This document shows, piece by piece, positions 35,718 to 44,070 of a stretch of DNA of 64,000 nt; positions within the stretch are counted from its first letter, which is position 1; the number at the start of each line of letters is the position of its first letter. This DNA is from a virus (lineage: Duplodnaviria; Heunggongvirae; Uroviricota; Caudoviricetes): the IMG/VR virus record IMGVR_UViG_3300049825_000338, positions 20,600 through 84,599 of that record; one strand, given 5' to 3'. The notes beneath the pieces were generated by a model. That model was not told the DNA's origin, searched no databases, and saw nothing but the letters and a program-made list of their open reading frames with translations. Made by a program: the position numbers and the translations under genes.

Positions 35718-36109
35718 GGCAAGAGCCGATAATTGCTGACAAGTCTTTCAAGAGAAGCAACGCCTACCGAACTAAACCCCAGTTCCTCACCTTGGTCCGA
35801 CGTGTTCCAGTTATATGGAGAATCGTGCACGACCTGAAGCTCATCGAGAAAACTTCTACTTACATTCGTAACGACCTGACCGTACATTATAAGCTTTCCA
35901 ATCACAGAATCATCCGCCTCATCGAACGACTTAGCAGCGTCATCGTCATCAATCAGAATACCGATGGCGCACTTTCTGCCGTCGTGACCGCGATAAGCAC
36001 ATCGCGACTTGTCAGGTGACATAGAACGTCCGGTCATGGCCGCAAGATGCGCCGAGACCTTATCGAACGCCTCTTGTTCTGTCCGCACGTTTAGTGTGAC
36101 TGGTTCCAT
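35714..36109 (-). CDS. hypothetical protein
   Basis: ORF only. Confidence 0.4.
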   Translation of the reverse strand: MEPVTLNVRTEQEAFDKVSAHLAAMTGRSMSPDKSRCAYRGHDGRKCAIGILIDDDDAAKSFDEADDSVIGKLIMYGQVVTNVSRSFLDELQVVHDSPYNWNTSDQGEELGFSSVGVASLERLVSNYRLLP

Positions 36110-36381
36110 TCCTTAATCTCCTCTTCAGTAGCAATGTACATGGTCTGACGACCTTTGCCGTTGTCGGGACTGACAAACATTCGGGCGAACCTGCTTGCAA
36201 AGCTTGCTTTCAGCGCCTCGCCCTTAGCTCGCTGCTCGTCAGTAAGTGCAGCAAATGCCTCCTGCGCCCTAACCTTTGCCCAACGAGCCGCCGCCATGGA
36301 TGTAGCAACAACATCCTTAGACTCTCGCGCCTTCTCAAGCGCAAGAATCGCAAGAGCTTCGTCGTTGCTGATCAAGGTCAT
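36091..36381 (-). CDS. hypothetical protein
   Basis: ORF only. Confidence 0.35.
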   Translation of the reverse strand: MTLISNDEALAILALEKARESKDVVATSMAAARWAKVRAQEAFAALTDEQRAKGEALKASFASRFARMFVSPDNGKGRQTMYIATEEEIKEWNQSH

Positions 36382-36599
36382 GGCTATATCCTACTTGCTC
36401 AGTCAAGGAATGTCAACAACTAACTTCTACAACTCTGTGAAGTACTCGATAGAGACTAGTTTGTTGTCCACAATCTCAAGTATTGGATCAAACTCTTCTT
36501 GACCACAAAAGATGAGCGGCTCGGCCGTCCCCAGAATGTCTGAACCCTCCCACAGAGCCGACATGATCTCTTCAGTTGTGACCTCAATCGTGCGCTTTC

Positions 36600-36905
36600 T
36601 CATGTCACGTATTCCAAGACCGAAACGGTAACAGTTAGGTACTCATTTGACCAGCCTTCACGGGGGCTGTTATTAGGATTAGCATGTCCCGAAACCATAA
36701 TCCTGGCAGTTTTCCAGTTATGGCCGAGTGCATCAGTCATAAATCCGGCAGCAATCGCAGCATCTTCAACAGCATTGATCGACTCGAAAGACGTTCCATG
36801 CTCTGCCTGACTGCTTAGTGAGCTTCTATGAAATTCGCGGCGGATGGAATCCGAAAGATCAGGCACATCCTCGTATGTTACGGTTAGGTTGAATGAGTAA
36901 CTCAT
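36600..36905 (-). CDS. hypothetical protein
   Basis: ORF only. Confidence 0.35.
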   Translation of the reverse strand: MSYSFNLTVTYEDVPDLSDSIRREFHRSSLSSQAEHGTSFESINAVEDAAIAAGFMTDALGHNWKTARIMVSGHANPNNSPREGWSNEYLTVTVSVLEYVT

Positions 36906-36908
36906 GAC

Positions 36909-37202
36909 TCAACACTCTAAGGTGACAGGATCGACATTGCAACTTAGCATTTCAGATAACTGCTCAATCGTGACCTCAAACTCCCCAACCAGCTCGACCG
37001 GCTGAATGATCGGAGGAAGCGGCCTGCTTGTGGTAGTAGATTCCGAAACAACTATGGACGTTGTCGGTGTGGGCAGTGGTCTAGACGGCGGTCCAAGAAG
37101 CGGTAACGTCGGCTTGTCAGCACCGCTAGAGATAGAACAGGACGCCACCAACAATGCAGCCGCTGTTAGAGCGTAGAGCCTTGAAGCACGGCGGTTGCCC
37201 AC
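36909..37202 (-). CDS. lipoprotein, Pro/Thr-rich
   Basis: lipobox LVASC. Confidence 0.45.
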   Translation of the reverse strand: MGNRRASRLYALTAAALLVASCSISSGADKPTLPLLGPPSRPLPTPTTSIVVSESTTTSRPLPPIIQPVELVGEFEVTIEQLSEMLSCNVDPVTLEC

Positions 37203-38041
37203 GACGTTGCTGTTCCGTTCTTGGTCACTAACGAATACGTACCGAAATTTGGATCATAATTAGGAACCGTGCTATACGGATTGACGCCACCAAAGATCAA
37301 GAAACTGTCACAGCCGTAATTACGTAGTGATCGCATATCGGACTTGATCTTTGTGGCCGACGTGACCCATGAGTGATTCAAGGCATTGACAGCACACATC
37401 AGATGATTCACTCTAAGATTGAAGTGGTCGGCCAGCCATAGCGCTGAATTGATATTGTATTCGTCAAAACTCAAGTGATAGACGTGCTCAGGCATAGACG
37501 CAAGCGCTGGGTCGATGGCCCACGGCAGATGATTACTGAATGGACCAACGCCCAACTGAGGAACCACGTAGGCCATCATGACCTGCCAGCGATGAACCAG
37601 GACTGACCACTCCGGACCATTCGGATCAAACTCGTCGCCCATATCAAACGCTCGCACCCAGGCAATGTGTGGACGCCAGAACTCAATCGCTGCGTTACGC
37701 GTTGCCGGATCGTCTGACCAGATACGGGCATCGTAAACAATCGTCTTCATTCCAGCGTTGGCGTTGATTACCGTCAAATACAAGTACCCAGTAGGGTCAA
37801 TGTATCGCTGCCCTGGAAACGCTGGCGAATACGTCGACCAGTTTGGGGGCATGCATGGGCCGAACGTTGCATCAATACCGCCTGACGCCGCTAATGCGTT
37901 TGCCTTTCGCTGGGCGTACGGATCAGCGGGATGTACTCCACAAAACGCCCACGTCTCGGCAGGCGGTCTGACCGCTGATACCGAGACAGTAGGTGACCAT
38001 ACGGACAATGCGATAAGTAGTAGTGCAAGAAGTTTCTTCAT
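37166..38041 (-). CDS. secreted protein of unknown function (adjacent to lysin)
   Basis: signal peptide MKKLLALLLIALSVWSPTVSVSA. Confidence 0.5.
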   Translation of the reverse strand: MKKLLALLLIALSVWSPTVSVSAVRPPAETWAFCGVHPADPYAQRKANALAASGGIDATFGPCMPPNWSTYSPAFPGQRYIDPTGYLYLTVINANAGMKTIVYDARIWSDDPATRNAAIEFWRPHIAWVRAFDMGDEFDPNGPEWSVLVHRWQVMMAYVVPQLGVGPFSNHLPWAIDPALASMPEHVYHLSFDEYNINSALWLADHFNLRVNHLMCAVNALNHSWVTSATKIKSDMRSLRNYGCDSFLIFGGVNPYSTVPNYDPNFGTYSLVTKNGTATSWATAVLQGSTL

Positions 38042-38059
38042 AACGAAGAATACTACCGG

Positions 38060-38857
38060 CTACGGCCAGAGTTTAGCCCAAGTCTTTGGGCCAACCACGC
38101 CATCGATCGTCAAACCACCGATAGCGGTCTGCCACGCCTTGACTGCTATCTCTACAGTCTGGTCAAGGTACCCCTCAGTGCCAATTTCGGCACCGTCACG
38201 GATCAACCCGGCGCGCAGCCAGCGAACAGCGTCATACTCTCCAGGAGAACCGGACCCTGATCCAAGGCGAAGCGTGTACGTCTTAGCTGCCGCAATCCCA
38301 GCCGCCAAATCTGGAAGAGGCTCTGGAACTGGTTCGGGGGTAGGAGGATTCTCAAAGTCAAGAACTGCCTGAGGAAGATCATCTCCAGCAACATAGCGCC
38401 AGTGCCAGCTTTCAGACTGAGCCTCGGCCGAAAAACCAAACGTAGCCGCAACCGCAATAAGCCACGTCACAAACCCTAGATAATCGGGCATGTTCGTAGC
38501 AAAGTCAATAGCTAGACCCAGACCGTGATTGCTTGTGCCCGGAACAGCTGCCATGGCGGTACGCGGCTTCTGCCAATACGTGCGTCCGTTCCAAACTTTC
38601 TTTGGACGACCTGGCAACGGAACTCGCGTGTATCGAGACTGAAACAATGCAACTTGCTGGTCATATGTCCGATATGTTCCTGTAGCAGACACTTGAAACC
38701 CGCTAGTGGCAATCAGCGCCTCAAGCGCACGAGCCGCTAGGTGATGCATCTTGAACGGATGAATGCTGAGATAACTCATCAACCCGTCAGAAAGACGGCC
38801 GTTAGGCGCTCCAACTAGGTCAGAAGGAGGGGTAAGAGGAAGAACCGGTAAAGCCAT
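38060..38857 (-). CDS. endolysin: M15 (VanY-like) peptidase with C-terminal peptidoglycan-binding domain
   Basis: YRTYDQQ, VPGTSNHGLGLAIDF (LAS metallopeptidase), C-terminal DGVVGPKTWAKL PG_binding_1 motif. Confidence 0.75.
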   Translation of the reverse strand: MALPVLPLTPPSDLVGAPNGRLSDGLMSYLSIHPFKMHHLAARALEALIATSGFQVSATGTYRTYDQQVALFQSRYTRVPLPGRPKKVWNGRTYWQKPRTAMAAVPGTSNHGLGLAIDFATNMPDYLGFVTWLIAVAATFGFSAEAQSESWHWRYVAGDDLPQAVLDFENPPTPEPVPEPLPDLAAGIAAAKTYTLRLGSGSGSPGEYDAVRWLRAGLIRDGAEIGTEGYLDQTVEIAVKAWQTAIGGLTIDGVVGPKTWAKLWP

Positions 38858-39056
38858 GTGACCCAGTGTAGTTCACAGGTTTACCGGCCCTTGACCCTCC
38901 TCACAGTCACCTTACGCTTACCGATGGCGTGTCTCGACTCAACCGAATGAAGCGGGCACGTTGGATCATCCATTGCCGGAATGTCTCCGTCGTCAAAGCG
39001 CTCACACAGGCAGTCACCATGAACTGCACACCATACGGCCGTTAGACCGGAACAGT

Positions 39057-39263
39057 TCACCTCTTACGGCCCTCAAAGATGTTGATGACATGACCAACCA
39101 GAAACGCCAGGACAATCAGCCCCCAGAAACCGAGAAACAGCCTCCAAAAGATGGCCCATGCCAGCACAATCATAGCGATACCAAATCCTGTCGTCAGCGC
39201 TACAGCAGTTCCAACTACGAGAACCAGTAACCCGGTGATAATCTTCTCAGCTGGAGTCTTCAT
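39057..39263 (-). CDS. holin candidate (2-3 TM, basic C-terminus)
   Basis: 68 aa, hydrophobic helices, ends EGRKR; just upstream of lysin block. Confidence 0.5.
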   Translation of the reverse strand: MKTPAEKIITGLLVLVVGTAVALTTGFGIAMIVLAWAIFWRLFLGFWGLIVLAFLVGHVINIFEGRKR

Positions 39264-39547
39264 GAAGGATCGTTCACAAATTCCAGCATCGCAACCTCAT
39301 AGGCGTCCAGCGCTTCTTTGAGACGGTTGCCTCGGGCAACCAGATACTCCAGACGATTAACTTGGTTGTACGCCATAGCAAGAGCTACGAGCAGGTAGTC
39401 CTTGCTAGCGTCCGCTGCCAGCGTCTCAACCAAGTCCGATGCTCGGTCATCTGCCTCAAGATACGGCACAGCCACCCGCTCCGCAAACTCTCGCCAATTC
39501 GTGTAGTGCTTTTGACGTTCTTCGAGATTCACTGCGCCTTCTCCCAC
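39260..39547 (-). CDS. hypothetical protein
   Basis: ORF only. Confidence 0.4.
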   Translation of the reverse strand: MGEGAVNLEERQKHYTNWREFAERVAVPYLEADDRASDLVETLAADASKDYLLVALAMAYNQVNRLEYLVARGNRLKEALDAYEVAMLEFVNDPS

Positions 39548-39759
39548 ATCTTCAGCATGTCCTGCTCAGTAGACGGCAGCTGACTCTGAAACGGAAGCTC
39601 GTTGCTCCACGCCATCGCCACACCAAACAAGCTGAGTAGGCCCGCCGTAAGGTCGCTGTGATGACCCACTGTCAGCACTTTGCCGGTGGTCGTGTCGATA
39701 GCCACAGACCAGTCGCCAGACCAGAAGATGATTCCTACGTTTGCGGGATTGATAGTCAC
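39529..39759 (-). CDS. hypothetical protein
   Basis: ORF only. Confidence 0.35.
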   Translation of the reverse strand: MTINPANVGIIFWSGDWSVAIDTTTGKVLTVGHHSDLTAGLLSLFGVAMAWSNELPFQSQLPSTEQDMLKMWEKAQ

Positions 39760-39919
39760 TTGTGCTCCTTTATGTTAGATACTGCTTCTGCCATGCTGCT
39801 GAACGACTTGATGAATCGCTCGCCGCTATTGACGGGGTTGAAATAGACCCTACACGTGTCGTCAGACATGATGTCAATACGGTGATCACCGACAACCACG
39901 AGACTCATTCTCTCCCTCT

Positions 39920-40114
39920 TCATGACGGGTTAAGGACCATCGGGAAGTGCATGTCGAGAGTCTGCTGACGACGCAGCATCTCTTCCTGAGCCAGTACTGT
40001 GAAGACATGCCACGCCTGCTTGCGCTCACTGTCACGAGCAGCCTCGGCCTCAAACTCGAAACGTGCCTCGGCAAGCTCGGTGAGCAGAAGGTCAAGAGTA
40101 AGTGTGCGGTTCAT
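39920..40114 (-). CDS. hypothetical protein
   Basis: consensus leaderless promoter 40121-40149. Confidence 0.5.
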   Translation of the reverse strand: MNRTLTLDLLLTELAEARFEFEAEAARDSERKQAWHVFTVLAQEEMLRRQQTLDMHFPMVLNPS

Positions 40115-40120
40115 GAGGTA

Positions 40121-40149
40121 ATCTTACTCCTTGTTGGCTCAGATGTCAA
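40121..40149 (-). promoter_or_regulatory. sigma-70-type leaderless promoter
   Basis: minus: TTGACA (40144-40149), 17 nt, TAAGAT (40121-40126), 6 nt, ATG 40114; CAAAGAAA element upstream. Confidence 0.55.
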
Positions 40150-40828
40150 GGCGTTTCTTTGAAACTTCTACAGCAGACGAGGACACGTCAATACCTACGA
40201 ACCTCCGCCCATGCTTCAGCGCAGCAGCGCCAGTAGAGCCGGACCCACAAAACGGATCAAGCACCAAGTCACCTGGTAGTGTGTGTGCCAGCACAAACGG
40301 CTCGATAATTTCAATCGGTTTCTGATTAGGGTACCCGACCCTATCAGGATGTGTGTTCGACATCGTGAAATCCCACACTGAGCCAGAAGGCTTATCCTCT
40401 GAATACCCAGGCTTAGGCGCAAGACGCTTGGCTCTCGGTACGGCGCTACCGTCAAACAATCCGGACTCTTCGGTTTTTGTGAACGTCAACAGATTGTTGT
40501 GGCGCACCGGCCACCATGACGTGCGCGGCCGACCCAGCCCAAACTCCCAGATTATTTCGCCCCGGTACGTCCACCAACAATCCTGCATGAATGATGTAAG
40601 GTCAGTAGCCAAACGATAATCACAGCATACAACGATTGTGCCATTCTCGTTCATTGCTGGAAGACACGCCTTAAGTACGTTCAGCACGTATGACGTGTCA
40701 AACGGATCATAGAATTCGTTGTCGCCCTGCTTCTGTACCTTGCCAGTGCCGTACGGCGGATCGGTCCACAACAGTCTGACGTCTGACAAGTCCTTAACTG
40801 CTTCCAGAGCGTCACCCAAAATAATCAT
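40139..40828 (-). CDS. DNA methyltransferase (beta-class N6-adenine/N4-cytosine; DPPY type)
   Basis: WTDPPY (motif IV) near N-terminus, LDPFCGSGSTG (motif I) near C-terminus. Confidence 0.8.
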   Translation of the reverse strand: MIILGDALEAVKDLSDVRLLWTDPPYGTGKVQKQGDNEFYDPFDTSYVLNVLKACLPAMNENGTIVVCCDYRLATDLTSFMQDCWWTYRGEIIWEFGLGRPRTSWWPVRHNNLLTFTKTEESGLFDGSAVPRAKRLAPKPGYSEDKPSGSVWDFTMSNTHPDRVGYPNQKPIEIIEPFVLAHTLPGDLVLDPFCGSGSTGAAALKHGRRFVGIDVSSSAVEVSKKRLDI

Positions 40829-40901
40829 GAGTCGCCTCGTAGAAGTGTGAGAAGCTCTTCCTCTTGCTGATATTGCGCATCCCGTGCTGCCCTGCGCTTG
40901 C

Positions 40902-41069
40902 TCACCTGGTCATGCCACTTGTGGATGCGTATCTGCGCCTCGCGAATGGCTGCTGGAGGGCGATTAAGCTCCGCTCCCGCCTGAGACCAGAAAGCACCTG
41001 ACCCATGTGACGAACGAGACCAGCTAAATCAGCTACAGCCTGCTCAAGAGCCTCAAAGTCTTCAGTCAT
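40902..41069 (-). CDS. hypothetical 55-aa protein (trimmed from 96-aa ORF)
   Basis: leaderless promoter 41077-41105 placed 7 nt upstream of internal ATG. Confidence 0.4.
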   Translation of the reverse strand: MTEDFEALEQAVADLAGLVRHMGQVLSGLRRERSLIALQQPFARRRYASTSGMTR

Positions 41070-41271
41070 GGTGACCACTCTACAGACTTCAGCGGTAAAG
41101 TGCAACATGCAAATCGACAGATACGCCGAATGCGACGGATGCGGATGTCGCATATACAGCAGCGACGCTGGCGCTATTCTCCAACTAATCAAAGACGCTG
41201 GCTGGTCGTGGAGCAGATGTCCGGATTGCTACGAACTCGCTTGCGGTAGAATACAGCATGAGAAACCCTAG
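41068..41271 (+). CDS. Cys-rich small protein
   Basis: CDGCGC...CPDC...C. Confidence 0.35.
   Translation: MVTTLQTSAVKCNMQIDRYAECDGCGCRIYSSDAGAILQLIKDAGWSWSRCPDCYELACGRIQHEKP
41077..41105 (-). promoter_or_regulatory. sigma-70-type leaderless promoter
   Basis: minus: TTGCAC (41100-41105), 17 nt, TAGAGT (41077-41082), 7 nt, ATG 41069. Confidence 0.45.
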
Positions 41272-41491
41272 TAACTTCGAAGTCGGTTTTCTGGCTCTAA
41301 CGAGTTTCATGTTTGTCGCTGCCATTGTTGGCGGTGTCTCATGGGCCATAGGCGTTCGTCCGTGGGCGGCACTGGTTGGAGTACTAATTGGGTGTGCACT
41401 TCTTGGGCTTTGCTGGCCTCTTGGGTGGCTGCTCAAGCGATGTGGTAGCAAGATCGGTACCCGAACCACTACTCAGACGGGGCCAAAATGA
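41258..41491 (+). CDS. small membrane protein
   Basis: two hydrophobic helices. Confidence 0.35.
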   Translation: MRNPSNFEVGFLALTSFMFVAAIVGGVSWAIGVRPWAALVGVLIGCALLGLCWPLGWLLKRCGSKIGTRTTTQTGPK

Positions 41492-41694
41492 TTGGTAACA
41501 CAGAGTCTGGCATGTTCATACAGTGCACATGTGGCAAACGATCCGAAGCTTCGGACGGCGTGAAGCTACTTGAGGTAGCTAAATCTGAACGATGGGCGCT
41601 CATCAGGCACTCAGACAGCTACGAACTAACCACCGAATGTCTGGATTGCTGGACAGATGGACTAATTGAGAGCGTGTCCGAAAATGCGGACTAA
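41488..41694 (+). CDS. Cys-rich small protein
   Basis: CTCG...CLDC. Confidence 0.35.
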   Translation: MIGNTESGMFIQCTCGKRSEASDGVKLLEVAKSERWALIRHSDSYELTTECLDCWTDGLIESVSENAD

Positions 41695-41929
41695 GTGGGG
41701 ATGGCAGGCACTACTGCCGTGGGGAGATCACCACTTCAAAGAAGGTGTCTACTCGGCAGCAAGAGCCGTGCGATTCCGTAGTCCTAAGCACGGATGGTTC
41801 GCAACCGGCATAAACGTGCCAGAAGCTGGACGCATACACTGGGGGCCGTTTGGCAAAGTGCGGGCAGTGATTGACTGTGTTCGGCTTGTGCGGAAAGCTA
41901 ACCGTGATCGCCCGTCTTGGGTTAATTGA
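41666..41929 (+). CDS. hypothetical protein
   Basis: ORF only. Confidence 0.3.
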   Translation: MRACPKMRTKWGWQALLPWGDHHFKEGVYSAARAVRFRSPKHGWFATGINVPEAGRIHWGPFGKVRAVIDCVRLVRKANRDRPSWVN

Positions 41930-41930
41930 C

Positions 41931-42422
41931 TCAGAGTACGGGTTGAACAGACTCCAGAAAACCGACGTAAACGATCGATCGGCCACGAGTCCACGAGCAC
42001 TGCAACACGATGCGCCGAGCCGCTGGATCAAGGCCATAGATAAGTTCAGCGGGCGGGTCTTGAGACGTCACGGTTCTGGTGGCAATACGATACGTGAACA
42101 CCTGGTCATAGGAATTGATGTTCACCGTTTGCCCAGCACGGAGACGTGGGAGCTTACGGAACGGAGCACCGTGACTCGAACGATGACCGGCCAGCCAGAC
42201 AGTACCGACCTCGCCAGGAGCCACAGCCGGTGACCAGCCGTCAAACAAGGTGACGCTACCAGCATCAATTGATTCCTGGTCACCTACGTAGATGTCAGCG
42301 CCGAATCGAAGCGACGGAATCTCCAAGTACCAGTCGGTGGTATTTGAAGAAGCGGAAGCCGGAATGCTTGTAGCTATCGGTAACAGGATTACAGCCAGAA
42401 AGACACACAAAGCTTTCATCAC
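41931..42422 (-). CDS. sortase-family transpeptidase
   Basis: signal peptide; VWLAGHRSS (His), RIVLQCSW (Cys), TRGRSIVYVG (Arg) in SrtA-like order. Confidence 0.6.
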   Translation of the reverse strand: MMKALCVFLAVILLPIATSIPASASSNTTDWYLEIPSLRFGADIYVGDQESIDAGSVTLFDGWSPAVAPGEVGTVWLAGHRSSHGAPFRKLPRLRAGQTVNINSYDQVFTYRIATRTVTSQDPPAELIYGLDPAARRIVLQCSWTRGRSIVYVGFLESVQPVL

Positions 42423-42573
42423 TCAGTTTCTCCGTATTCAACCTTGCCGCCGAACACGGCGAGGGCGTAGTTGACCTGTTCCCAGATAGACGCAGAATGC
42501 GGGGTGTTGATCAACTCGCGTAGCTCGTCTTCAGTCAGGAAGATTGGAAACGTGACGTCTTCTTCATTGAGGT

Positions 42574-42783
42574 TCATAGCATGTCTTCTTTCAGTAGGGT
42601 GTCTAACAGGATAACAACTTGGCGTGCACTAGCCGTCTTGACGGTTGCTGAGCATTCTTGACAGCCAATAAAGAACACGACACTGACGTCGTGCAGATCA
42701 GAAAGACCGCCAGCAGGAATAGAGGTGCCTAGGGTGTAATCCCAAGACAGATCGTCAGAGCCGCAATCAGGGCATGTGATCAT
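42574..42783 (-). CDS. Zn-ribbon small protein
   Basis: CPDC ... CQEC. Confidence 0.4.
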   Translation of the reverse strand: MITCPDCGSDDLSWDYTLGTSIPAGGLSDLHDVSVVFFIGCQECSATVKTASARQVVILLDTLLKEDML

Positions 42784-42937
42784 GACAGACCTAACGCCTT
42801 GCGCAGTCGCTCAAGCTGATCGCCATCCATTGACTTGGCAAGCTCGATCAGCATCTCACCCGTCAACGTCACCTCCGGACATGGAAAGATGTGTGGTGAT
42901 ACGTCAAGGTCTACATGCGCATAGGACTTGGGCATGC

Positions 42938-43114
42938 TCATGACATACCCGACCGGACAAAGAAGCGGTCACGGTCGAAGTGAGAGTCAGCGCACAAAAG
43001 AGCGGACGCCACGTACTCAACCGCCCGGTCAAACGATGGTGCGTGTGAATCCTCTCCATCCTCACGGGCGAACCAGAAACCGTCAGCAATGGCGTCGTAG
43101 GTGTCTTGTGTCAT
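42938..43114 (-). CDS. hypothetical 58-aa protein (track ORF trimmed to ATG 43114)
   Basis: leaderless promoter 43122-43150; the track start is a TTG that is the first half of the -35 hexamer. Confidence 0.4.
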   Translation of the reverse strand: MTQDTYDAIADGFWFAREDGEDSHAPSFDRAVEYVASALLCADSHFDRDRFFVRSGMS

Positions 43115-43121
43115 GAACAAC

Positions 43122-43150
43122 ATCTTACCAGACTCAGCCAGCCGTGTCAA
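43122..43150 (-). promoter_or_regulatory. sigma-70-type leaderless promoter
   Basis: minus: TTGACA (43145-43150), 17 nt, TAAGAT (43122-43127), 7 nt, ATG; AGAAATTGTATAAA element upstream. Confidence 0.55.
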
Positions 43151-43175
43151 GTGGTTTATACAATTTCTTCGGAAT

Positions 43176-43325
43176 TCAGGGTCGGCTCACGAACGGCCCG
43201 TACGCCTGTACCAACTCAAAGAAGCCGCTCTTCAGAAGAGAATCTCTTGTTCTGAGAGCCTTTACCTGCTCCTTTGTCAAAATCTCTGCTTCAACAGTCT
43301 CAGCTTTGAGAATCTCTGTGGTCAT
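43176..43325 (-). CDS. 49-aa micro-ORF not in track
   Basis: promoter 43332-43360 (TTGACA, 17 nt, TATACT, 6 nt, ATG); ORF MTTEILKAETVEAEILTKEQVKALRTRDSLLKSGFFELVQAYGPFVSRP. Confidence 0.4.
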   Translation of the reverse strand: MTTEILKAETVEAEILTKEQVKALRTRDSLLKSGFFELVQAYGPFVSRP

Positions 43326-43331
43326 GCCTCC

Positions 43332-43360
43332 AGTATACCACCACCTACTGAAGTTGTCAA
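43332..43360 (-). promoter_or_regulatory. sigma-70-type leaderless promoter
   Basis: as above; AGAAATTGTACAAA element upstream. Confidence 0.55.
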
Positions 43361-43731
43361 GTCAAGATTTGTACAATTTCTCTCGTTTGGCCTGGTAGAT
43401 GAGGTGGGCACCGCCATACCAGGGAGGGGGCCAAAAACCGAAACCTGCTGAAACAACTACCCCCCTTGCTCATGTGTATAATCTGAACAGGTTCAATTTT
43501 TGCATCATTAGTCATCTCAACGCGCTGTTGATCTGCTGCGCTGCTCCGCCCCTGGTAGGGCATAGCGCCAGGTCACATGAGGCGAGAGGCCTAAAGGGTT
43601 CCCTTTCTCACATACTGAGATTACCACTCAATGTGAACAGAACACTTGTTCTATTATAGAACGCTGCGTCAGCCTCGTACACTGTACGACTAGGTGCGTT
43701 GCGCTATCAGGTGCAACCAGTTAGTTGCACA

Positions 43732-44052
43732 TCACGTTCTAGGAAAGATCACCGCTGTGTCGAGTAGATTCAGCATTACCCTGATCACTGACTCAAGCGT
43801 TCTGTCCTTCTCGCGTCCTGCCAACCACAGTAGTACAGTCAGGGCATCACGTATCTCAGTGTGATCCTCTGCATTCTTCAGTTGTGCCAGTACTTCTGCA
43901 ATGTCAGTGTCACGAGTGCTCGTGATGACGGGGGCTGTAGAAACCCACACAGAACCAGCATGTCGGTCAGGTGGTGGATTGCGGTACTCGTAAGTGATTG
44001 GTGGAGAAGGTGTTATGGCTGCCGTTGCTGCTGTATTGCTCATACTTCTCAC
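43732..44052 (-). CDS. hypothetical protein
   Basis: ORF only. Confidence 0.4.
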   Translation of the reverse strand: MRSMSNTAATAAITPSPPITYEYRNPPPDRHAGSVWVSTAPVITSTRDTDIAEVLAQLKNAEDHTEIRDALTVLLWLAGREKDRTLESVIRVMLNLLDTAVIFPRT

Positions 44053-44070
44053 TTTACTTCACACTGAACG

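Noticed and set aside
43470-43500. tRNA-like T-arm (ggttcaattttt) and the wider 43.39-43.73 kb ORF-poor gap as a tRNA/ncRNA locus
   Set aside because: Flanking stems are not complementary and no D-arm, anticodon arm or acceptor stem is present. A GGGAGGGGG/CCCCCCT stem exists, but no tRNA or known ncRNA architecture could be built by eye.
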